The notes under the pieces: generated by a model
Database searches by the model: none
Seen by the model: the letters and a program-made list of their open reading frames with translations, nothing else
Told to the model about the DNA's origin: nothing
NCBI GenBank assembly: GCA_963761175.1
Contig: CAVXFZ010000020.1
Location: 16,231 to 80,230 of the forward strand
DNA from: an uncultured Actinomycetes bacterium
GTDB lineage: Bacteria > Actinomycetota > Acidimicrobiia > IMCC26256 > PALSA-610
Direction: 5' to 3'
Length of the DNA stretch: 64,000 bases
Shown: positions 57,999 through 64,000 of the stretch, piece by piece
How the letters are laid out: each line of letters starts with the position of its first letter
Numbering within the stretch: position 1 is the first letter of the stretch
Translations under genes and position numbers: made by a program

Positions 57999-58505
57999 CT
58001 AAGAGGCGGCACCGGCGCGCCACGGCAAGGTCGTGCTGCCGGCACCGCCCGCATCGCCGTGGGCGTGCTCCTCCACCGTGCGCGGCGGGGTCTCGAACGT
58101 CGCGTACGGGTGCAATCGCAGCGCCACGCGACCCTCGCGGCGCGCGGCATCGGCCACCAACGGGCGCACCGATTCGTCGAGCGGCGCGCCCGAGATGATG
58201 CCGCCGATGCGCATCATGACGTCGACGGTGCGGTCCTCGTCGGTGTCGACCTCGGCGTCGCAGTAGACCTGCAGGTACACCGGAGGCCAGTGCTCGTCGA
58301 GAACGCAGAGCGACACCTTCGGGTTGCGCCGCACCGCTTTCGTCTTCGCGCGAACGCGCGACGACGAGACGAGGATCGTTTCGTCGTCGTCGATCACGTA
58401 GTGCACCACCGACATCGCCGGCCCTTCGGTCGCACGGCCGTAGCCGAAGACGGCCGTGTGATGCTCGTGCACGAACGCGCGCCGCTGCTCGGGATCCACG
58501 CTCAC
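57999..58505 (-). CDS. pyridoxamine 5'-phosphate oxidase (PPOX/F420-type) family protein
   Basis: The split-barrel pattern HTAVFGYGRATEGPAMSVVHYVIDDDETILVSS..KTKAVRRNPKVSLCVLD. GTG 58505 overlaps the TetR stop (GTGA). Confidence 0.7.
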   Translation of the reverse strand: MSVDPEQRRAFVHEHHTAVFGYGRATEGPAMSVVHYVIDDDETILVSSSRVRAKTKAVRRNPKVSLCVLDEHWPPVYLQVYCDAEVDTDEDRTVDVMMRIGGIISGAPLDESVRPLVADAARREGRVALRLHPYATFETPPRTVEEHAHGDAGGAGSTTLPWRAGAAS

Positions 58506-59176
58506 TCCTTCGCGTCGTCGACCGTCGCGCCCACCGATCCCGTCGCGGCCCGCACGAGCAGGTCGACGACGAGATCCGCGTGCGCGGCGACGAAGTCGGC
58601 CGTGAACGGATCGATGCCCGTGAGCCGTTCGCACTCCGGCGCCATCACGAACACCGTCGCGCCCGCACCGGTGAGCAAGTAGTAGAGGTGCGCGGGCGCA
58701 ACCGGTACGAGCGCGCCGCGCGCGGCGAGCGAGTCGAACAGCGCGACCGCGTTCTCGTAGAGCGGGCGCACGTGCGTGTCGACGAGCCAGTCGAGCCGCG
58801 GGCCGGGTTGCTTGCTCTCTTGCATGATCAGGCGATGCAGCTGCGGGTTCGCCGCGGAGAACTCCACGAAGTGGCGCACCATCAGCTTGGCGATGGTGAC
58901 GTCGTCGACACCGCGCAGCCCCAAGAGTCGTTGCTGCGTCGACGCGCGGAAACGATCGAAGAGGTCGTCGACCGCGGCACGCCAGAGCTCTTCCTTCGCC
59001 GCGAAGTGGTAGTGCAGCAGCGGCTGGGTGACGCCCGCGCGCTCGGCGATCAGGCGGGTCGACGCACCTTCGAAGCTGCGCGCGGAGAACAGGTCGAGTG
59101 CGGCGTCGAGGATTGCTCGCCGGGTGTCGGTGCTGCCGGAACTGCCGGTGCGGGTGCTCGCCGCGGTCGCCGCCAC
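58502..59176 (-). CDS. TetR-family transcriptional regulator
   Basis: N-terminal HTH RRAILDAALDLFSARSFEGASTRLIAERAGVTQPLLHYHF. Confidence 0.9.
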   Translation of the reverse strand: MAATAASTRTGSSGSTDTRRAILDAALDLFSARSFEGASTRLIAERAGVTQPLLHYHFAAKEELWRAAVDDLFDRFRASTQQRLLGLRGVDDVTIAKLMVRHFVEFSAANPQLHRLIMQESKQPGPRLDWLVDTHVRPLYENAVALFDSLAARGALVPVAPAHLYYLLTGAGATVFVMAPECERLTGIDPFTADFVAAHADLVVDLLVRAATGSVGATVDDAKE

Positions 59177-59177
59177 G

Positions 59178-59220
59178 GCCCGGGACCTTATCGATCGATC
59201 AGGATTCGGTCAATGCTCTG
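59178..59220. promoter_or_regulatory. candidate TetR operator, copy 1 of a 43-nt direct repeat
   Basis: ggcccgggaccttatcgatcgatcaggattcggtcaatgctctg. It contains GACC..(N20)..GGTC inverted ends and the palindrome atcgatcgat. It lies directly upstream of the minus-strand TetR start. Confidence 0.4.
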
Positions 59221-59247
59221 CGGACGCTCGTCGCGGCGGCGGGCATG

Positions 59248-59290
59248 GCCCGTGACCTTATCGACCGATCAGGAAATGGTCAAGTATCTG
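59248..59290. promoter_or_regulatory. candidate TetR operator, copy 2 of the 43-nt direct repeat
   Basis: ggcccgtgaccttatcgaccgatcaggaaatggtcaagtatctg (TGACC..N20..GGTCA). It sits 70 nt from copy 1, with about 35 of 43 positions identical. Confidence 0.4.
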
Positions 59291-59380
59291 ATCGTTCGCT
59301 CAGAACTCTGGCGCGGTGCCCGAGATCGTCCGGGCGGGCCCCCACGTCGCGCTCCTGATAATGGTCGTTATCATGGCTCG

Positions 59381-59972
59381 ATGGTCGCCGCCGAGGGCAC
59401 GACCCGCGACCGCCTCGTCGCCGCCGCGATCGAGGTGTTCGTCGAGCAGGGCTACGAGGGCGCGCGGCTGCACGACATCGCCCGCGCCGCCGGCCTCACC
59501 ACCGGTGCCGTCTACGCGAACTACCGGAGCAAGGGCGAGCTGCTGTTCGACGCGATCGGCGAGCGGGCCGCGGCCGAGCTGGAGACGCTCCTGCACGCGC
59601 TACCCGAGGCGGGTGCCGCGCGCGGTGCTCGAGCAGCTCGGTGACCGGCTGCCGCAACCGCGCGACACGAGCCCGTCGTTGCTGCTCGACGCGATCGCGA
59701 CGGCACGGCGCGACGAGGAGCTCGCGGCGTTGCTGCGCGAGCGGCTCGGACGGCGCGAGACGGTCCTCGCCGGCGTCGTCGCGCAGGCACGCGCGGCCGG
59801 CGAGCTCACCGACGAGATTTCCACCGAGGCGATGACGCGCTTCTGCACGATGCTTGCCGCCGGCGCGCTCGTGCTCCGCGGCATCGGACTCGAATCACCC
59901 GACTCGGGGGAATGGCACGCACTCGTCGCGCGTCTGCTCGACGCGCTCACACCTTCGGGAGAATCCTCATGA
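59381..59972 (+). CDS. TetR-family transcriptional regulator. The frame is broken near 59612-59625.
   Basis: HTH RDRLVAAAIEVFVEQGYEGARLHDIARAAGLTTGAVYANY from ATG 59381. The ligand-domain helices (AVLEQLGDRL..LLLDAIATARRDEELAALLRERL..) are in the frame of ORF 59316..59972. Confidence 0.8.
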
Positions 59973-61027
59973 GCGACAGCGACGCCGTCGAGACCATCCA
60001 CGCGGTCACGTCGGACTTCGAGACGATCTTCACCTGGGACTACGACCGCAGCCGGCCCGCGCTCATCAAGCTCTACGAGAAGGCGAAGACGTCGCAGTGG
60101 AACGTGTCGACCGATCTCGACTGGTCGATCGACGTCGACGCCGAGAAGATCGGCCGTGAGCTCGGCGGCGGCACCGCGCGCTTCCAGGCGTTGCGTGAAG
60201 CCGAGAACTCGCCGGTGAAGAACTTCGGCGAGAAGGAATGGGGCCAGGTCTCGATCGAGCTGCAGAACTCGCTGCTCTCGCAGTTCATGCACGGCGAGCA
60301 GGGCGCGCTGCTGTGCACCGCACGCATCGTCGAGACGGTGCCATGGATCGACGCGAAGTACTACGCGGCGACGCAGGTGATGGACGAGGCCCGACACGTC
60401 GAGGTGTTCGCCCGGTATCTCGACGAGAAGCTCGGCGGCCAGTACGGAATCAACGAGAACTTGAAGGCGATCCTCGACGACATCCTGAGCGACACCCGCT
60501 GGGACATCGTCTACCTCGGCATGCAGATCATGGTCGAGGGCCTCGCGCTCGCCGCCTTCGGTCTCATGCACCAGATCACCACCGAGCCGTTGCTGAAGAA
60601 GCTGCTCCGTTTCGTGATGAGCGACGAAGCGCGCCACGTCGCGTTCGGGGTGCTGTCGCTGAAGGAGCTGTACGCGAACCTCGGCGACTCCGAGCTGCGC
60701 GAGCGCAAGGAGTTCGCGTTCGACGTCGCGAAGCGGCTGCAGCGACGGTTCGCGCACACCGAGATGTGGGAGCGGATGGGCGTCGACCCCGCGGCCGTCT
60801 ACCGCGTGATGGACGAGGTCAACCCGCCCGTTCAGCAGATGTTCCAGCAGATGTTGTTTTCGAAGATCGTGCCGAACTGCAAGAAGCTCGGACTCCTCGA
60901 CGCGTCGGGTGGCTGGCTGCGCGAGCGCTTTACCGAGGTCGGCGTCATCCAGTTCGAAGACTGGGCCGACACTTCCGACGAGTATTCCGAACTGGACGAG
61001 GTGGCGAAGGACAAGGCCGTCGCCTGA
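59969..61027 (+). CDS. ferritin-like diiron-carboxylate oxygenase (AurF-like)
   Basis: The ATG overlaps the TetR stop (ATGA). Two E..DEARH diiron motifs (MHGEQGA..MDEARHVEVF; VEGLALAA..SDEARHVAFG). Confidence 0.8.
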   Translation: MSDSDAVETIHAVTSDFETIFTWDYDRSRPALIKLYEKAKTSQWNVSTDLDWSIDVDAEKIGRELGGGTARFQALREAENSPVKNFGEKEWGQVSIELQNSLLSQFMHGEQGALLCTARIVETVPWIDAKYYAATQVMDEARHVEVFARYLDEKLGGQYGINENLKAILDDILSDTRWDIVYLGMQIMVEGLALAAFGLMHQITTEPLLKKLLRFVMSDEARHVAFGVLSLKELYANLGDSELRERKEFAFDVAKRLQRRFAHTEMWERMGVDPAAVYRVMDEVNPPVQQMFQQMLFSKIVPNCKKLGLLDASGGWLRERFTEVGVIQFEDWADTSDEYSELDEVAKDKAVA

Positions 61028-61040
61028 TTCGCGCGCGGCT

Positions 61041-61457
61041 CTACTCGCTCGTCAGAGACACGCGTCTCACAACCTGCCACTGCGAGTCTCGGAGTTCGAT
61101 CACACAAATGCTGTCGAGCACCGCGGTTTCGTCCATCGCCCAACCGGCGAGTTGATCCCAGGCTTCTCGCGATCGCGGTGCGGTCGCGGTCCGGGGGTGC
61201 ACGAGCGTCAGGTGTGGCACGTATCGAACGCCGGTTGGCTCGACGGCATGGAGCGCCCGCCGGATCCGACTGATATCGCCCCGCGTGTCCTCGACGCCGA
61301 GATAGATGCCTCCTTCGGAGGTTTCCCAGCGCTGTGCGTGGGTCAGCCGAACCTCGAGTTGCGAACTGTCCCCAATGAGATCGAGGCCTGATCGAAGAAC
61401 GTGATCGTCTCCCGACTCGTGGACGATCGTGATGTGCGCGGCTATGCGATGCGCCAT
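61041..61457 (-). CDS. 2H phosphoesterase superfamily (LigT / 2'-5' RNA ligase-like) protein
   Basis: 138 aa with two H-x-T/S motifs (AHITIV and PHLTLV). Confidence 0.7.
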   Translation of the reverse strand: MAHRIAAHITIVHESGDDHVLRSGLDLIGDSSQLEVRLTHAQRWETSEGGIYLGVEDTRGDISRIRRALHAVEPTGVRYVPHLTLVHPRTATAPRSREAWDQLAGWAMDETAVLDSICVIELRDSQWQVVRRVSLTSE

Positions 61458-61532
61458 CTCGGGGTCCCACCGCGTCGCTTGATCTGGCCGTCCGCAGTGG
61501 GTTGTTGAGCATTCAATTCCTCTGTGAGGGAC

Positions 61533-61898
61533 TCAATCCTCAACAAATGACGCCCCTCGGGGGGAGTGCAGGGGGCGGAAGCCAGAGCACATGATGCGGA
61601 GCCAGGTGACGGTGTCGTTCTCGACGCCGAGGTACGCCTGTTGCTCGACGATGAACGCGCCGTCGTCGTTCGTCACGCGGAAGCGGTAGCCGACACGCTC
61701 GCGGTCAACGACCGTATCGCTTTCGATGCCCTCGATCGCGTCGATCCGGTCGCTCCCGTCGAACCAGTGCCCGAGGATCACGTCCTTGACCAACTCGTCG
61801 GCTGAGCTCGCCTCCCAGAAGCGTCCGGGCGTCATCGCCCGAAAGTCGACTTGCGGCGCGAGCAGGGTGAGGAGGGCCGACGCGTCTTTCGCCGCCAC
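61533..61898 (-). CDS. NTF2/SnoaL-like small protein (tentative)
   Basis: The ORF 61533..62024 has an Arg-rich front. GTG 61898 gives a 121-aa product (..DASALLTLLAPQVDFRAMTPGRFWE..VGYRFRVTNDDGAFIVEQQAYL) with NTF2-like size and pattern. Confidence 0.4.
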   Translation of the reverse strand: MAAKDASALLTLLAPQVDFRAMTPGRFWEASSADELVKDVILGHWFDGSDRIDAIEGIESDTVVDRERVGYRFRVTNDDGAFIVEQQAYLGVENDTVTWLRIMCSGFRPLHSPRGASFVED

Positions 61899-62160
61899 CC
61901 GCGAGCGAACCGTTCTCCGACGGGTGTCTCCATCGTTGCCTCCGTGGTCGGACCTGCGGTTGGGTTCGGAATCGCGACGATACGGCAGGGGCACGCGAGT
62001 CGCGACGTCCGGCGCGTCACCCAAACCTCGAACTGGCGTGAGTTGAGCGCCGAGACACCCATTTACTCACGCCGGTTCGCTGCGGAAACTTCGGCGTCGG
62101 CAGCCACACGGCAACGGCGGACGCGACCGACAACGCCGGCAACGCCGCATCGGCCCGCAA

Positions 62161-62440
62161 CCTTCACGGTCACCCGTCGCGCCAAGCTACTTGTGCGCGC
62201 TCACGCTGCAGTTCGTGCAGACCTCGGCGACCAATCAGGCGGTGCGGCCGTTCGACAAGGCGATCGCGAACTGGATCGTCTCGCTGCTGTGCTCTCCGTT
62301 CGGCCAGATCGGCGGTCAGCCCGAAGACGAAGACCGCGCTCGTCGGCTACTACGAGAACCTCGTGACGGTGCTGGCGACGAACGGCTGGGTCAGCTCCTC
62401 GCAGGCAACGGTGCTCGACAACCTCGCGACGTACGTCTGA
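62161..62440 (+). pseudogene. decayed gene remnant (C-terminal fragment spread over at least two frames)
   Basis: Protein-like LTLQFVQTSATNQAVRPFDKAIANWIVSLLCSPFGQIGGQP in one frame continues as KTKTALVGYYENLVTVLATNGWVSSSQATVLDNLATYV-stop in another. There is no credible start. Confidence 0.3.
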
Positions 62441-62458
62441 GCGCCGCGTCCCGCCGAC

Positions 62459-62484
62459 GCCTGATCCGTTCGTTCACGCGGCCC
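62459..62484. repeat. 26-nt direct repeat, copy A (left flank of the methyltransferase segment)
   Basis: gcctgatccgttcgttcacgcggccc, 25 of 26 positions identical to 63350-63375. Confidence 0.7.
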
Positions 62485-62573
62485 AGGCCGAGTACCTTCC
62501 TCCCGCGCGTCACGCTCGCGGGAAGGCAGGGAACGCGCGGTCGTATCCCGTCCACGGCACGCGAGGGGTCCTC

Positions 62574-63344
62574 ATGGAGCAAGAGCAGGAACAGCACCGG
62601 TTGCGGGTGCCGAACGAGCTGCTTCGCGGTGCCGAACGCCGACAGGACGCTGCGATCGACCAGGCGGTCTGGTTGATCCGCCACATGTGTGAAGACCTCG
62701 AACTGGCCGACCTGTCGGAATCCGCCGTCCTCGACGTCGGCTGCGGCGTGAAGTTCACCCAGGCGTTCCTCAACAAGGACATCCCCGTCAAGCGCTATGT
62801 CGGCGTCGACGTGAACCGCGAAGTGATCGAGTACTTGCAATCACACGTGCACGATCCGCGCTTCGAGTTCATGCACCTCAACGCGCGCAACGCGCTGTAC
62901 AACCCCGACGGCATCCCCATGGCGGAGGAGGCGGTGCTCCCGCTTCCGCACGAGTCGTTCGACGTGCTCTGCCTCTTCTCCGTCTTCACGCATCTGGGCC
63001 CTGACGACTACCGGCCGATGCTGCGCCTCCTGCGCCGGTTCGCGAGTGCGTCGTCACGCCTCTACTACACGCTCTTCCTGAACGAAGTCACCGAGACCGG
63101 ACACGGGCTCGTCGACTCGCTCTCGAACGCGGCGGCCACTCATCCCGAGCTGATCTCGCCGGCCGACCTGGATCGCGGTGACGTTCCCGACTTCGTCGAC
63201 ATGAATCCGGCCGACCCGCTGCGGTGGGCCGTCTATTCGCGCGAGTACGCGCGGAAACTCGTCGAGGGAACGGGCTGGTCGATCCTCTCCGTCCGCCCGC
63301 CGGCTCAGCACCTGCAGCATCACATCATCTGCGCCGCGGTCTGA
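62574..63344 (+). CDS. class I SAM-dependent methyltransferase
   Basis: Motif I VLDVGCGVKF, post-I acidic VGVDVN, motif II-like FDVLCLFSVFTHL. ATG 62574 follows GAGGGG. Confidence 0.8.
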   Translation: MEQEQEQHRLRVPNELLRGAERRQDAAIDQAVWLIRHMCEDLELADLSESAVLDVGCGVKFTQAFLNKDIPVKRYVGVDVNREVIEYLQSHVHDPRFEFMHLNARNALYNPDGIPMAEEAVLPLPHESFDVLCLFSVFTHLGPDDYRPMLRLLRRFASASSRLYYTLFLNEVTETGHGLVDSLSNAAATHPELISPADLDRGDVPDFVDMNPADPLRWAVYSREYARKLVEGTGWSILSVRPPAQHLQHHIICAAV

Positions 63345-63349
63345 GACGC

Positions 63350-63375
63350 GCCTGATCCGGTCGTTCACGCGGCCC
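63350..63375. repeat. 26-nt direct repeat, copy B (overlaps the stop and last codons of the GNAT gene)
   Basis: gcctgatccggtcgttcacgcggccc. It contains the minus-strand stop tca at 63365-63367. Confidence 0.7.
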
Positions 63376-63912
63376 GCGGCGGAGCGTCGAGCGGCTGGGC
63401 CGCGGCCATCGCGACGCGCGTGACACCCGGGTACGGATGGTCCAACACGCAAAAGCCACGCTCACGCACGAGCGCGCCCATCTTGCGGTTCTCGCTCATC
63501 ACGTCGGCATCGAGGAACGGCACCCCGCGCGCCGACGCCGCCTCGACGAGCGCGTCGAGCAGGTAGAAGCCCAACCAGCCCTGCCATCTCGCCGCAACCG
63601 TGACGCCGAGCTCGCCGTTGCCGTTGGCGAGCAGGCTGTAGCTCGCTTCGCCGACGAGCTGAGATTCACCGGCGGCGTCGGTGACGACGGCGACCAGTCC
63701 GAAACCCCGTTCGGCGCCGACGCTCGCGCTGCGCTCTAGGAACGGGCGCGGGGGTGGTAGGCGGAGAGAGAGCGGTGCAAGCGGTCGTCGGGCGTGAGCC
63801 CCTCGTAGAGCCGCCCGAGCGCGTCGGCGTCGCCGGGTTCGATCGGCCGCGCGTGCAGGACGACGCTCCGAACGTCGCGGATCTCCGTGCCGGGCGCAGC
63901 GCGCGTCGCCAT
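63365..63912 (-). CDS. GNAT-family N-acetyltransferase. The frame is broken in a G5/C5 run at 63749-63753.
   Basis: ATG 63912 follows AGGAGG (MATRAAPGTEIRDVRSVVLHARPIEPGDADALGRLYEGLTPDD..). The acetyl-CoA fold (..LVGEASYSLL..ELGVTVAARWQGWLGFYLLDALVEAASARGV) is in the frame of ORF 63365..63940. Confidence 0.7.
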
Positions 63913-64000
63913 CGCAACCTCCTGACGGCTCCGCGTCCATCGTGCGCCGGCCGTACCGGGACGGGCAGAGCCGAACGGCCCGGAGTTCCCGCTTCCCCGG

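Noticed and set aside
61500-61545. Inverted repeat ttgttgag..ctcaacaa between the NTF2-like gene stop and the 2H phosphoesterase start, as a possible terminator.
   Set aside because: The stem is only 8 bp with a loop of about 30 nt and there is no U-tract. That is too weak to call.
1-64000. Search for rRNA, tRNA, CRISPR arrays, transposases, integrases, and phage or defence genes.
   Set aside because: I found no tRNA-like T-arm/acceptor sequences, no spaced identical repeats of CRISPR type, and no recombinase-like translations in any frame. The only repeats are intragenic (propeller, Gly tracts) or short intergenic direct repeats.

Overview
Very G+C-rich, Actinomycetota-like chromosomal segment. 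GTG/TTG starts are common, there are many ATGA/GTGA start-stop overlaps, and the content (MMPL, WS/DGAT, PPOX-type, DUF3558-like lipoproteins, ppgK) fits that phylum. I can support about 50 protein-coding genes. I saw no rRNA, tRNA, CRISPR array, transposase or integrase. Modules from left to right: (1) a SARP/NB-ARC regulator, a tautomerase and a crotonase; (2) an unusual six-gene Rieske/cytochrome b operon (2443-7407) that also encodes a GltD-like NAD(P)H Fe-S flavoprotein, a blue-copper lipoprotein and a monohaem cytochrome c; (3) a phosphodiester glycosidase plus a coiled-coil degenerate-LytM protein with a FtsX/MacB-type ABC pair (8873-12922); (4) a cyclic-nucleotide-linked neutral-lipid cluster (cNMP-binding protein, MMPL, two WS/DGAT, SDR, cNMP-patatin; 14360-22938); (5) an operon of FHA protein, 2078-aa cadherin/FN3 surface protein, MoxR, DUF58 and a transglutaminase-like pseudoenzyme (23017-34810); (6) a run of secreted proteins (beta-helix, propeller fusion, Ig/FlgD-like, two tandem PQQ sugar dehydrogenases, ceramidase-like hydrolase) with LDH-like and TauD genes; (7) a LuxR/LAL regulator, two paralogous lipoproteins and ppgK; (8) an aromatic ring-cleavage operon with a TetR gene, and a divergent TetR/diiron-oxygenase pair sharing a duplicated operator; (9) a visibly less G+C-rich islet (about 61.0-63.4 kb) with a 2H phosphoesterase, an NTF2-like gene, a decayed gene remnant and a SAM methyltransferase flanked by 26-nt direct repeats. 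At least ten genes show a one-base reading-frame break inside G/C runs, with family-typical sequence on both sides. I interpret most of these as assembly indels, but real pseudogenes cannot be excluded. All calls come from reading the translations by eye; no database search was run, and many start codons are approximate.
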